DNA from: Gammaproteobacteria bacterium | GTDB taxonomy: Bacteria; Pseudomonadota; Gammaproteobacteria; G965277405 | NCBI GenBank assembly: GCA_965277405.1 | Contig: OZ255726.1 | Location: forward strand, 1,216,001 to 1,280,000 | Reading direction: 5' to 3' | Length of the DNA: 64,000 bases | Made by a program: the position numbers and the translations under genes | The notes under the pieces: model-generated | Seen by the model: the letters and a program-made list of their open reading frames with translations, nothing else | Database searches by the model: none | Told to the model about the DNA's origin: nothing | Part shown: positions 1-11,247 of the stretch, in pieces | Layout of the letters: each line of letters begins with the position of its first letter | Numbering within the stretch: the stretch's first letter is position 1

Positions 1-244
1 AAATTCATGGGCGAGATAGCACGGGTAACGAACCATCTGCATTTCTGAGATTATCCTGCTTTCAGCTAAACACGTCAGGCAGAGTTTGGTATAGCTCTAC
101 ACTGTTTGAATAGTTATTGCTGACCAAGGTTTGAAATAAATCTAGCTGCACTGGGTGCGAATTTGAAGCTTCTTGCATACGCTTCATATGCTGGTCTTTA
201 TGTAAAAGTATAGTTTTTGAATTTGGATTGTTGATATTGGTCAT
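1..244 (-). pseudogene. N-terminal remnant of a putative plasmid replication initiator (RepA-like), with a premature stop; runs off the window edge
   Basis: QLDLF...YSNSVELYQTLP resembles proteobacterial plasmid Rep N-termini (recalled similarity, not searched). After TGA at 62-64 the frame continues KQDNLRNADGSLPVLSRP to a second TGA. Confidence 0.5.
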
Positions 245-318
245 AAACAGCTATCAATAATTAAAGTCTATTACCTTTATTTTAACGATAGCTGTGGAAA
301 AGCAAGTTTTTAAAAATA

Positions 319-1761
319 TTAGTTATTTTTTATAGCATTTTGAATGATTGTATCAATCTCATTTCTTTGCTTTTCTATTTCCGTTTTAATTCTTGCTTGA
401 GCGTCTAATCCTGCTTTTATTTCACTAACTATTTTTTGTTCCTTTTGGAGAGAAATATCTAATAGTGGCAATTCCTGTATTTGGCTTGGGAATATATTAG
501 TATTGTTTCCAAGTCCTTTTTTATTGATTTCAACAAGGTATTGAAAATACTCAGTTCTAAAATAATAAAAAGCAAATAAACCATTATAATCTTTAAGCCT
601 TATTTTCATAGTGAAGTCAGCAAATATGCCTTGCAATTCTTCATCGTCAATAATCGCCACCTTTCCAATTGTTCCTTCACCTGAACGTGCTAGTAAAATA
701 TCATCAACCTGTACGGTCTTATTGTAATTGTCATTAGCAAATTTATCAGATACTAAGCGAGCATTTTCCTTTTCAAACCTCCAATTTTTGATGGTTGCCA
801 TTGAGAGGTAATAATACGCTCCATCATCATCGTATTGCGCAGGAGATATGCCTTTACCCAAAACAATAGGCTCTGAAATAAAATCTTTGATTTTTTTATT
901 GGTATGCTGTTTTAGTTCATCAAGAACAAATTTACCTGCTAGACGGTGAAATTTGGCACTATTACGCAAGTCTTTATTATTGCCAAAGTCTGACACATTA
1001 AAATCGAATATTTTTACTTTCTTTAAGCTTTCAAATTCATCAAGATTAAATTTAAACTCTCTTGCAAAAACCAAATTAATAATATCTTGAGAGGTTTTGA
1101 TTTTGGCTTTTAATTTTTTTATTTTTTGTTCGATTGGTTCAATTTTTTTTAACAGAAACTTTTCATTTTCTTCATACAAATTGATTATCTTTGAATCTAG
1201 TCTGATAGAAAATAAATCATCAACTTTTAATGTTGGATACCCTTTTCCTTGTCTAGAGATTGACATTAAATTCTTATAAAACACTGTTCTAAGAGAGTAA
1301 TAAAGCAGTTTGTTTAGTTTTTTTGGCTTTAACTGTATCAGAGCTGTTGTATAAAAAATGTTTGATAGGTCATCATCAATAAACACATATTTCTTCAGGT
1401 TGGGTCTAACTTTTGATAATAATATATTTCCAGAATTAGCAGTTTGAATATCGCCTTTTTCTATTTTCTTAAAGTAATCTTCTACAAGTTCATCCCGTGT
1501 TGAAAATTCTAACGCAACTGGCTCAGCATCGCCTTGTTTTGTTACATGACCAATTTCTGAATATCTAAAAGGTATTTCTTCTATTTTCTCAATAATACTT
1601 AGACGTTCTTTTTTATCACATTCAATAATGTCAAATAGTTCATTAAAAGAGAGTGAGCTTTCTTTCGTAGTCTTGCTAAAATCAATAAAATCCACGTCAC
1701 ACCTCAGAGAGTTTTCCGCAGATAGTTTGTTTAGCTGGACATCAAACTGCTTTAATCCCAT
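319..1761 (-). CDS. Restriction-modification specificity (S) subunit, HsdS-like, two TRDs
   Basis: Two repeated TRD halves (GNILLSKVRPNLKKY / DDILLARSGEGTIGKV), each followed by a coiled-coil segment; overlaps the upstream methyltransferase gene by 10 bp. Confidence 0.85.
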   Translation of the reverse strand: MGLKQFDVQLNKLSAENSLRCDVDFIDFSKTTKESSLSFNELFDIIECDKKERLSIIEKIEEIPFRYSEIGHVTKQGDAEPVALEFSTRDELVEDYFKKIEKGDIQTANSGNILLSKVRPNLKKYVFIDDDLSNIFYTTALIQLKPKKLNKLLYYSLRTVFYKNLMSISRQGKGYPTLKVDDLFSIRLDSKIINLYEENEKFLLKKIEPIEQKIKKLKAKIKTSQDIINLVFAREFKFNLDEFESLKKVKIFDFNVSDFGNNKDLRNSAKFHRLAGKFVLDELKQHTNKKIKDFISEPIVLGKGISPAQYDDDGAYYYLSMATIKNWRFEKENARLVSDKFANDNYNKTVQVDDILLARSGEGTIGKVAIIDDEELQGIFADFTMKIRLKDYNGLFAFYYFRTEYFQYLVEINKKGLGNNTNIFPSQIQELPLLDISLQKEQKIVSEIKAGLDAQARIKTEIEKQRNEIDTIIQNAIKNN

Positions 1762-4136
1762 TCAACATCTCTCAAGAAATCTAGTGCTGTTTGTTTTACA
1801 CCATCATCAACTATTACCTCATTATCAGTATTTAAACGATAAAGGTCATTAGGCATTGGTTTTTCGCCTCGTTTAGTACGTTTGTAGCCTACATGGTCGA
1901 CTTCTGCCATAAATATTGAATAGCTTAGTGCTTGTGCCACTTCACCAAACACCCACCAAGTATTAACAAAACCAAAGCTCTCTTTGGTGTCTTTGTCAAA
2001 TTTACATAGCTCAAGAATTTCAGATTGGTATTTTTCTACCAGTTCTTTTAAAGCTAAACTATCATCATCATCTTCGAGGTAATCTTTTAACAGTCGGTGT
2101 AGGTTGTTTTTTCTCTGCTGTTCGCTTTCTTTTGCAATTGCCCACTTTTTAGATATGGCTTTGTTTTTTATGAAATGCTCAACTTCTTTTTCACAGCGAG
2201 TTTTTAATAAGCTCCATTCATTAGAATATTTACTCCATGATTCATTCCATTGTTTGATTTCATCCTCTGTTTTCTTTTGAGCAAAAAGCAAGCTTGTTTT
2301 AGTTGATGTATAAGGCTCAAAGGCAACTTGTGGTAACGAAACAACAGCTTTAACTTTGAAATATTTATAAACAAATAAACGAATATATTTGTTTTCAGTA
2401 GTGTCAAACACGCTCTCAGGTAGAACAGCCGCAAAACGTCCATTTGGCTTTAAGAGTTGATACCACCTTTCAATAAACAAATTTTCAGAGTTCTTTTTAT
2501 CTCCAAAGACAAACTCTTTTTTTACGTTTTTCTTGGTTTCGTTGTCCAAATCTACACTAAAAGGCGGATTGGTAATAATAATATCAAATTGCTTGTTGAC
2601 CTCTTTATCAGCATAAAGATTATCAGGTTCGTATTGTTTTAAGAAGTTAGGTGCAGTTTCTTTATTGTATAGCTTAAATGGCAATAACCCGTCTTTTACA
2701 AAAATGTTATTTGAGCCATCGCCATGTAGAATCATATTGACTTTGGTGGCTGTACCTAAATTAAAGTTAATTTCTGAGCCGTAAATATAGTCTTTAGCCC
2801 ACTTGTTTTCTCGATGGTCGGGCATAAACCATTGGTGATAATTATCCTCAATATCCCTAGTTTCATCTAGCTTATCCTTAAAGCGATATTTTAGGTTTTT
2901 GGTAATAAATTTCATATACTCAATTAAGAAAGTACCACTACCAGCACTTGGGTCAATCAGGTATGGAATTTCTAAATCACGATTAACCCTAGTAACTGCT
3001 AATTTATCGAGCTGTAAACCCCATAAAAGAAATCTAACGATATTAATGTGAGTAAAAAACTGCCCTTTGGTTTGCTTGAAGCCTTCTCTGATAATCCCCT
3101 CAAAGAAATCACCCAAAATATCTTTGCCTTCAAAGCTGTTTTTACCATCAACAAATGAATATTTTTCAAGCTCCTGAACAGTGTATTTTAGCTTGCCTAA
3201 TGAGAATTTATTTTCATCGACCACATAAGATTTTTTTAACTTATTTTCGTCAAGAATGTTTAAGCGTTGCTTTAATGCTCGACGATAAAGATTGTTAATG
3301 CGGTCAAATAATGTATCTTTAGTTTCAAAATCTTCATCAGATGTCTTTGCATAAGAAAAAATTTGAAAATCATATTTTTCACCTTTTTTCTTTTCACTTT
3401 CGTCTTGAATTTTTGCCAATATAAGATTGGTTAATGACGAAAAAACCTCATTATCATCTGTGCCACCACCACCCCACAAAACGTTATGCAAGTTTTTTCT
3501 TAAATTTTCTAGTTGCTCATGGGTAAAGTTGGTCTCTAAATCTTTTTTACCACTTTTTATAAAAGGTTCTTTTTGCGCCTTGCCGTATCTTTCAGGTAGT
3601 TCATCAGCAAAATTTCGCTCTTCTTTCCATGAATCAAAAGAAGTGTATTTTTCATAATCAATGACAACGCTTTTATCTTTGATTTCATTGTTGACAACAT
3701 CAAATGAATAAAGAACAAGATACTTGACACCTATACCTTGACCTTTTTCTTGTGAGGCGAGATTGAAGAGCTGTTTTTCTATTACCTCGTCTTTATCCTT
3801 TTCATAGTCTTCTGGGCTTTTAAGCTCCATATAAAGAAAGGCATTTTTTTGATTATCTCTTACTACTATATCAATTCTTGGTTTGTTTACCTTGGGTCTA
3901 CCAATATCGTATTCTTTTTCAATTTCGATATTTTCAGGTTTATAGCCAAGTTCGTTAATTAGCTTGGTAAGAATATAAGCCCTAACTATTTCCTCGTTGC
4001 CTGTAACTTTTTTAACTTCTCTAGGTTGTTTAATTTGTGGTACGTAATCAATCGTCTTTTTATCAAAATCAACTTTTTGTACTGCTGGTATCCTTTGTTT
4101 TTTAATATACTCTTTAACCGCTAATGATATTTCCAT
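1752..4136 (-). CDS. Fused endonuclease / N6-adenine methyltransferase (Type IIG/IIB-like RM subunit)
   Basis: N-terminal PD-(D/E)xK-like EEIVR..RIDIVV..YMELK; motif I DPSAGSGTFL; motif IV NPPF; VVSLP..F.PY. Start placed at ATG 4136 (MEISL). Confidence 0.88.
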   Translation of the reverse strand: MEISLAVKEYIKKQRIPAVQKVDFDKKTIDYVPQIKQPREVKKVTGNEEIVRAYILTKLINELGYKPENIEIEKEYDIGRPKVNKPRIDIVVRDNQKNAFLYMELKSPEDYEKDKDEVIEKQLFNLASQEKGQGIGVKYLVLYSFDVVNNEIKDKSVVIDYEKYTSFDSWKEERNFADELPERYGKAQKEPFIKSGKKDLETNFTHEQLENLRKNLHNVLWGGGGTDDNEVFSSLTNLILAKIQDESEKKKGEKYDFQIFSYAKTSDEDFETKDTLFDRINNLYRRALKQRLNILDENKLKKSYVVDENKFSLGKLKYTVQELEKYSFVDGKNSFEGKDILGDFFEGIIREGFKQTKGQFFTHINIVRFLLWGLQLDKLAVTRVNRDLEIPYLIDPSAGSGTFLIEYMKFITKNLKYRFKDKLDETRDIEDNYHQWFMPDHRENKWAKDYIYGSEINFNLGTATKVNMILHGDGSNNIFVKDGLLPFKLYNKETAPNFLKQYEPDNLYADKEVNKQFDIIITNPPFSVDLDNETKKNVKKEFVFGDKKNSENLFIERWYQLLKPNGRFAAVLPESVFDTTENKYIRLFVYKYFKVKAVVSLPQVAFEPYTSTKTSLLFAQKKTEDEIKQWNESWSKYSNEWSLLKTRCEKEVEHFIKNKAISKKWAIAKESEQQRKNNLHRLLKDYLEDDDDSLALKELVEKYQSEILELCKFDKDTKESFGFVNTWWVFGEVAQALSYSIFMAEVDHVGYKRTKRGEKPMPNDLYRLNTDNEVIVDDGVKQTALDFLRDVEWD

Positions 4137-4149
4137 AGATGACTTTATT

Positions 4150-4512
4150 CTAAATTTGGTGTTTGTGATTTGATAAATTACGCTTAGAGGTTCTAGCTGA
4201 TTTGATTTCTTGTTGGCGTTTGTTTTGCACAAACTCAACTAACTCATCATTACTGATAAAACCTTGCTCCTTGGCTTGCTTCATTTCATCAACACTGATT
4301 TGTTCAGTTGCCATTTTTAAGCTATCGGCACTGATTTTGTAGGCTTGCTCAATCTCTTCTCTTTCGCCCAAGGTATCAGACCAGTTTTCATCATCTGCAA
4401 ATTTAAGGCTAGCCTCTGCATTTAGATAAGATTTGAAGACGTACCGATGCGCTGAAACTCTCTCTTTAAGCGAGTGATCTTTTGGTGTGAAGATATGTGC
4501 GTTATCGGTCAT
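4150..4512 (-). CDS. Hypothetical protein, probably plasmid-derived
   Basis: Open frame of ~120 aa directly upstream of and co-oriented with the RM genes; no motif recognised. Confidence 0.5.
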   Translation of the reverse strand: MTDNAHIFTPKDHSLKERVSAHRYVFKSYLNAEASLKFADDENWSDTLGEREEIEQAYKISADSLKMATEQISVDEMKQAKEQGFISNDELVEFVQNKRQQEIKSARTSKRNLSNHKHQI

Positions 4513-4563
4513 GGTAAAATTATAATACAATCATGCTATTAATGACTAATTTTACACCATACA

Positions 4564-5736
4564 AGACCATTGCATTAACATATGTTTTCATAGAAAATAT
4601 CTGTATTCCTCATTACTCGGAAAATCAGCGTCTGCGGAGTATCAACAGATCAAAATCTTAGTTTTACTGATGCTTTGGTGGAAATTCCCGCTAGTGAACT
4701 CGATTGTTTGGAAGACCTCATAGATTGGAAAGATCTTCGCCAACACCTGCGTATTGTGCCTAGCGACAATATCAGTATGTTTACAACACTGTTATTACCA
4801 ACAGGGTACAATTTAGCAGATGAAGCTTGAGCCATGCAGGTGCTGGCGAATTAGTTTTCTTGAAATTTTGTAATTTTACTCTTGCAGGCAGCTGATGCGG
4901 CAATGGGTGTCCGCTTGCGGAAAAAGGTCAACACATAATCTTTTCATAGCCCTCCTTGATAGCAGCATGCCATTGAACGTCAAAGCTTAAAACTAAGCAA
5001 TGCCAATATGTATCAGCGGATTACGTTGCTACAAAATGCTCGTCGTCGACGCCAGATGCTATCGAGTACGCATTAGCAAATGGAACACATGCAACAGGAG
5101 AGGTTGAATATGCCGATGATGTTGCTGCGTCATCTATGAGCAAAGGTGATAAGTTGCTGTATGGTTATAGTGCTACTGTGGTAACAGATGAACATGGTGA
5201 TATCTGTTGCTACGCATGCGGCGCATACCAGCGCGATGGGCAGATTTGCATATTATATATAGCAGATGCACCTATCAAAGCTGGACGAACGCTTGTGTAT
5301 GATAAGACCAGCAAAGCCAAGAATTTCTTGGTGATAAGCAAATTGATGATGGAAGTATGCGGGAAAAGCCACGCGGTAAACAAATGCCACACTGGCAAAA
5401 GGCTGGTACCTGTTGCTATCAGCAAATTTGTAGTCGAGAGAACTTGCGGCACAATGACAATGGTGTATGGTCTGCACCGCGCACACTATCTTGGCATAGC
5501 CAAAGTCGATGCAGAGGTTGAAGGCGATGGCGTATAACTTGAACAGGGGTAGCAATTATAGCTACAACAGCAGCAGTATTGCTCTTAAATGTTGGGAAAT
5601 AGCACCAAAAAAGTCTGGATAAATTGGGATATATGCGCAATTTACGGCACATTTTGTGTATTTTTTCAGTAAAAATCTCAAATTTGCAATTTCCTACTCT
5701 TCAAAGCAAAAAATGATGTGGCTATTGCAGTGGTCT
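4564..5736 (+). mobile_element. Heavily decayed IS5-family (IS1106-like) element
   Basis: Terminal IRs AGACCATTGCA (4564) / TGCAGTGGTCT (5736) flanked by TACA direct repeats (4560-4563, 5737-5740); transposase fragments QNLSFTDAL..LIDW..YNLADE and VVERTCGTM..YGLHRAHYLG, broken by stops and frameshifts. Confidence 0.85.
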
Positions 5737-5971
5737 TACAATAGTTAGCACATTATGGCAGAAAAGCTGATTTTTTGGGTTTTTCAGCAGTTCCTTAATA
5801 ATAAACACCATGTTTGTGGGGTTTTTTGGTGGTGGACTATTGAGGTGCGTTGCGTTGTTGACTGCTTTTAAACATGGCTATGTCAGTCACAAAACAAGCT
5901 GTCGTCGATCACCTGGCTAAGTCGCACCTTGCTAATAATGACTTCAGCAGAGTTTGCATCTGGACATAGTA

Positions 5972-6121
5972 TTACAAGCTATCAAATGAGCTGTCGCTGC
6001 TGGAGTCGTAATATAAAAATGTTTCATTGCGTGGCGAAGCCGCATCTGGAACATACAGTAGCCCCTGTTGCCCACAACTACTTAAGAGTATTGTCACCAG
6101 CACAAAAACTATACGCTTCAT
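5972..6121 (-). CDS. lptM: Small lipoprotein, LptM/YifL family
   Basis: MKRIVFVLVTILLSS-CGQQGLLYVP matches the lipobox plus CGxKGPLYxP family motif; ATGA overlap with the hldE stop. Confidence 0.75.
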   Translation of the reverse strand: MKRIVFVLVTILLSSCGQQGLLYVPDAASPRNETFLYYDSSSDSSFDSL

Positions 6122-7539
6122 GTGTTTTTTGCTTGTATGGTTTGGATGATATGTGTGGTAGAAATGCTCGGCTGCAAACAAAGAAGTGATACTTCGCCAC
6201 CATATGCCTCAACTATTTGTCGACCAACTATTTCGTCCGTTGCAGAGTAATCGCCTCCTTTCACCAATATGTCTGGTTTGATGCAAGTTAAAAGTTGTGC
6301 TGGGGTATCTTGTGAAAATGGAATAACCCAGTCAACACAGCCGAGTGCTGCAATTATTTGTAACCGTTGCTCAATCGGGTTGATTGGTCGGTCTTTGCCT
6401 TTGAGTCGTGTTACTGATTGATCATCATTTAACGCAACAATGAGTTTGTCGCCAAGAGATTTTGCTTGTTGCAAATAGGCTACATGACCTGCATGGAGAA
6501 TATCAAAGCAACCATTGGTAAAGATAATGCGTTTGTGTTGTGATTGAGCACGCTGAACTTGATGCAGCAATGTTGACAACGGCAGCGCTGCATTAGTAGT
6601 TTCAGGTTGTAGTGCGTGCATGAGTTCGTTCGCAGACACTTGGGCTGTGCCAATTTTCTCTACCACCAGCCCGGCGGCAACATTGGCAATGCGTACCGAC
6701 TCTGCAACACTTTCCCCCCTACTAAGCATTGTCGCTACAGTTGCGATAACGGTATCGCCTGCCCCTGTCACATCATAGACTTCTCTTGCCATTGTTGGAA
6801 TATGAATCGCTGTTGTATTGTTGACGAGCGTTATTCCCTGCGCACCTCGGGTGACGAGCATATACTCAATATCATATTGTTGACACAGCTCTCTGGCTGT
6901 TTTCTCAATGATAGCGTTATTTGCACATATTCCGACGATGCATTCAAATTCGTTGAGGTTTGGAGTAAGCATTGTCGCGCCACGGTATTTTTCGATATTG
7001 CTGCCTTTTGGGTCGACCAGTACCGGTATTTTGTGTGCACGGGCTAATTGAATGAGTGGTTGACAATCTTGCAAAGTACCTTTGCCATAGTCTGAAAGTA
7101 CCAGAGTCGTAACTTGGTTAAGCATTTTTGCAAATATCTGCAATTGTTGTTTGCTGGTGTCAGGAATGGGGTCTTCAAAATCAACGCGTAACAATTGCTG
7201 TTGATGTGCCATGCAGCGGACTTTTTCAATAGTGCGCGCAGGGCTATGTATGGGCTGCCACTGTATACCAGACGCCTGTAGTACAGTATTAAGTGCTGCG
7301 TATGCTTGGTCATGACCAACAACACCGCAGAGGGAAACAACAGCACCAAGCGCTGCGCAGTTTTGCGCGACGTTGGCAGCACCACCGGCCACTGAGCGCG
7401 TTGTGGTCACGCCTAAAACTGGGACAGGCGCTTCTGGGGATATGCGTTGCGCGCTACCTTGCCAATACGTATCGACCATCACATCACCAAAAACGGCGAT
7501 ATGGGTGGTGGTCTTTGAGCTATCGATCAGAGATTCCAT
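6118..7539 (-). CDS. hldE: Bifunctional D-glycero-beta-D-manno-heptose-7-phosphate kinase / 1-phosphate adenylyltransferase
   Basis: GDVMVD, RISPEAPVPV, GGAANVA, DVTGAGD, FTNGCFDILHAGH and KGGDY motifs. Confidence 0.97.
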   Translation of the reverse strand: MESLIDSSKTTTHIAVFGDVMVDTYWQGSAQRISPEAPVPVLGVTTTRSVAGGAANVAQNCAALGAVVSLCGVVGHDQAYAALNTVLQASGIQWQPIHSPARTIEKVRCMAHQQQLLRVDFEDPIPDTSKQQLQIFAKMLNQVTTLVLSDYGKGTLQDCQPLIQLARAHKIPVLVDPKGSNIEKYRGATMLTPNLNEFECIVGICANNAIIEKTARELCQQYDIEYMLVTRGAQGITLVNNTTAIHIPTMAREVYDVTGAGDTVIATVATMLSRGESVAESVRIANVAAGLVVEKIGTAQVSANELMHALQPETTNAALPLSTLLHQVQRAQSQHKRIIFTNGCFDILHAGHVAYLQQAKSLGDKLIVALNDDQSVTRLKGKDRPINPIEQRLQIIAALGCVDWVIPFSQDTPAQLLTCIKPDILVKGGDYSATDEIVGRQIVEAYGGEVSLLCLQPSISTTHIIQTIQAKNT

Positions 7540-7556
7540 AGGTAGAAAACAGAAAT

Positions 7557-7885
7557 GAAGTTGGCCGATAAGCCGGGTTCTGTCGTGGACAGTTATTCAT
7601 CTGCATGTTTAGTCGCCTAAACATTGTAGCAGCCTACCCGAATCCATTGCGGACCGCAATGCAGGATTCCTATTTGGCCTTGCTCCAAGTGGGGTTTACC
7701 TTGCCACATTTGTTGCCAAATGTGCGGTGTGCTCTTACCACACCGTTTCACCCTTACCTGCGATGCAGGCGGTTTATTTTCTGTTGCACTTGCCGTCAAC
7801 TCGCGTTGCCCAGACGTTATCTGGCACTTTGTCCTGTGGAGCCCGGACTTTCCTCTGTTTACACAGCAACTGTCTAGCCAACTTC
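7557..7885 (-). ncRNA. rnpB: RNase P RNA, class A
   Basis: Minus strand carries GAGGAAAGTCCGGGCTC and ACAGAACCCGGCTTA; complementary P1 termini GAAGTTGGC / GCCAACTTC. Confidence 0.97.
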
Positions 7886-8090
7886 ATGGCGAAGAATAGC
7901 AAATCTGAACAATAACAACAACACGCAAAGCTGCGATTACGTCGTTGATATTGCTGCAAGATGGAGTGTATACGTCCAGTTTGTATGTAATATGGTCACT
8001 TCAGGATAAATACTTCTACAGTTGGGCGTTGCTGTAGAAATTACCTGCGCGCTATGTAAAATCCGATTTTGCTTTTTTTGTTGAAACAAC

Positions 8091-9659
8091 ATGAAGACAA
8101 TAGGTCCTATTAGCACCATAGCTGCAATTCACGACAATCTCTCGGTTCCTTTACTTGTTGAGCATGAACTGCAGCTTGAAGAAGGGATATTGGGGGTGAA
8201 TGGCGCAACGATTTGCATGAGCGGTATTTTTACTGGGCGATCGCCACGAGATAAATTTTTTGTTGATGAAGCAACTAGCAACGACAAAATATGGTGGGGG
8301 ACCAATAATCAAAAAACCAGTAACACAACATTTAATGCTTTGCTCAACAAGGTCAAACAACATTTAAAAGAAAAAGATATTTATGTTTTTGAGGGTTTTT
8401 GTGGGGCAGACCCAGCACACAGACTGCGCATACGAATTATTACCGAGAAAGCTTGGCACGTACATTTTGCCAATAATATGTTTGTTGCAGCAACACCTGA
8501 ACAACGCCAAGGATTTGCTGCGGATTTCACCATCGTCAACGCTGCAACATGCTACGCCACAGACTATCAAGAGCTTGGACTGCATAGCTCTACTTTTATT
8601 GTATTCAACTTAGCAGAGAATATAGCGCTGATTGGTGGCACGGAATATGCAGGCGAAATGAAGAAGGGCATATTTTCAGTAATGAATTATGTGATGCCGC
8701 AACAAGGAATACTGCCGATGCACTGTTCTGCAAACATTGGTGAGAGTGATGATGTTGCACTTTTTTTTGGTTTGTCAGGAACTGGTAAAACCACGTTATC
8801 TGCCGACCCGAAACGCCGCTTGATTGGCGATGATGAACACGGTTGGAGTGAGCAGGGCGTGTTTAATTTTGAAGGCGGTTGTTACGCTAAAGCGATACAT
8901 TTATCTGAAGAAAAAGAACCAAATATTTGGAATGCCATTCGCTTTGGTGCAATCGTAGAAAATGTTGCCTTTGATGCTGCAACCCGCAATATCGATTTTG
9001 ATGATGATAGTATTACTGAAAACACGCGGGTGTCGTACCCGCTGTCGTATATTGACAACATCAAGGCTGACGGCATGGGAGGCATCCCAACATGCATAAT
9101 TTTTTTAACATGTGATGCGTTTGGGGTGTTGCCACCAGTTGCCCGCCTAACGCCGCAACTGGCGAGTTATCACTTTTTAAGTGGCTACACAGCAAAAATT
9201 GCAGGAACTGAGCGTGGTATAACCGAACCGCAGGCTGTGTTTTCCACTTGCTTTGGCGCCCCGTTTATGACATTACCACCACAGATATATTGCGATTTAC
9301 TCAGCGAAAAAATGGCTCAACATAATGTGCCTGCATATTTAGTAAATACTGGGTGGAGCGGTGGTGGCTATGGCGTGGGCAAACGCATGGATTTATGTAT
9401 TACGCGCAAGATTGTAGATGCGATTTTAGATGGTTCTGTGCAACAAGCACCAGTAATTACTGATCCGTGTTTTGGCTTTGCAGTGCCAACTAAGCTTTCA
9501 GGCGTCGATAGCCATATTTTACAGCCCATGAACACTTGGCGTGATGCAAAAGAATATACGGTAAAACGCAATATACTCGCGCAAATGTTCCAAGATAATT
9601 TTGCAAGCTTTGCTGCCCACGCTGCCCACTTAGCGATACACGGACCGCGTTGTGTCTAG
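8091..9659 (+). CDS. pckA: Phosphoenolpyruvate carboxykinase (ATP)
   Basis: TGRSPRDK, YAGEMKK, GLSGTGKTTLS, LIGDDEHGW and NFEGGCYAK motifs. Confidence 0.97.
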   Translation: MKTIGPISTIAAIHDNLSVPLLVEHELQLEEGILGVNGATICMSGIFTGRSPRDKFFVDEATSNDKIWWGTNNQKTSNTTFNALLNKVKQHLKEKDIYVFEGFCGADPAHRLRIRIITEKAWHVHFANNMFVAATPEQRQGFAADFTIVNAATCYATDYQELGLHSSTFIVFNLAENIALIGGTEYAGEMKKGIFSVMNYVMPQQGILPMHCSANIGESDDVALFFGLSGTGKTTLSADPKRRLIGDDEHGWSEQGVFNFEGGCYAKAIHLSEEKEPNIWNAIRFGAIVENVAFDAATRNIDFDDDSITENTRVSYPLSYIDNIKADGMGGIPTCIIFLTCDAFGVLPPVARLTPQLASYHFLSGYTAKIAGTERGITEPQAVFSTCFGAPFMTLPPQIYCDLLSEKMAQHNVPAYLVNTGWSGGGYGVGKRMDLCITRKIVDAILDGSVQQAPVITDPCFGFAVPTKLSGVDSHILQPMNTWRDAKEYTVKRNILAQMFQDNFASFAAHAAHLAIHGPRCV

Positions 9660-9696
9660 CGTTGCTGTGTGGAACATAAATAACTGAAAAAGTAGA

Positions 9697-10116
9697 ATGT
9701 TTAAATATTGCAGCAAAAAAGTTGCTCGTTATAATCGCTGCGGTTTCGTTGCAATATGTTCGATTGTAGCCGCTGTATTGTCGTTGTTGGTGTTGCAAAA
9801 TCCAATGTTGGTATTTGCAGTGCTTGGCGCAATATTCGGGCTTGTCGTACAGCTACGCTTCGCAATTATTATGTTACGTCGTTATCGAATAGCGAACGCT
9901 CAACAAACATGGGCGTTGATGTATAAAGCGAATATGCGTAAAGTACTGTCGGTAATGATAGTGCTTATTGTTGCGGCCAGCGTATTGCCAGAAGCGGCAA
10001 TGTTGCAATTGTTTATACTAGGGTTAGTGGTTGGTTATCTCATAGGTCCGATGGTCATGTATCTCGGTGCCAAAATGTGTTGCCCCGCTGGGTCTACTGT
10101 ACTTTTTGCAAATTGA
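9697..10116 (+). CDS. atpI: ATP synthase protein I-like membrane protein
   Basis: About four hydrophobic segments, immediately upstream of atpB; assignment is positional. Confidence 0.6.
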   Translation: MFKYCSKKVARYNRCGFVAICSIVAAVLSLLVLQNPMLVFAVLGAIFGLVVQLRFAIIMLRRYRIANAQQTWALMYKANMRKVLSVMIVLIVAASVLPEAAMLQLFILGLVVGYLIGPMVMYLGAKMCCPAGSTVLFAN

Positions 10117-10123
10117 GTAATGA

Positions 10124-10957
<834 letters not shown>

Positions 10958-10968
10958 TTTTTTTTTAA

Positions 10969-11235
<267 letters not shown>

Positions 11236-11247
11236 GCAAACAGTTGT

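Noticed and set aside
1-64. TGA read-through or alternative genetic code in the rep-like gene
   Set aside because: Core genes (hldE, tatB, rsmB, hslV, gshA) end normally at TGA, so pseudogenisation is the simpler reading.
7605-7959. Several short ORFs upstream of hldE
   Set aside because: They overlap the RNase P RNA gene.
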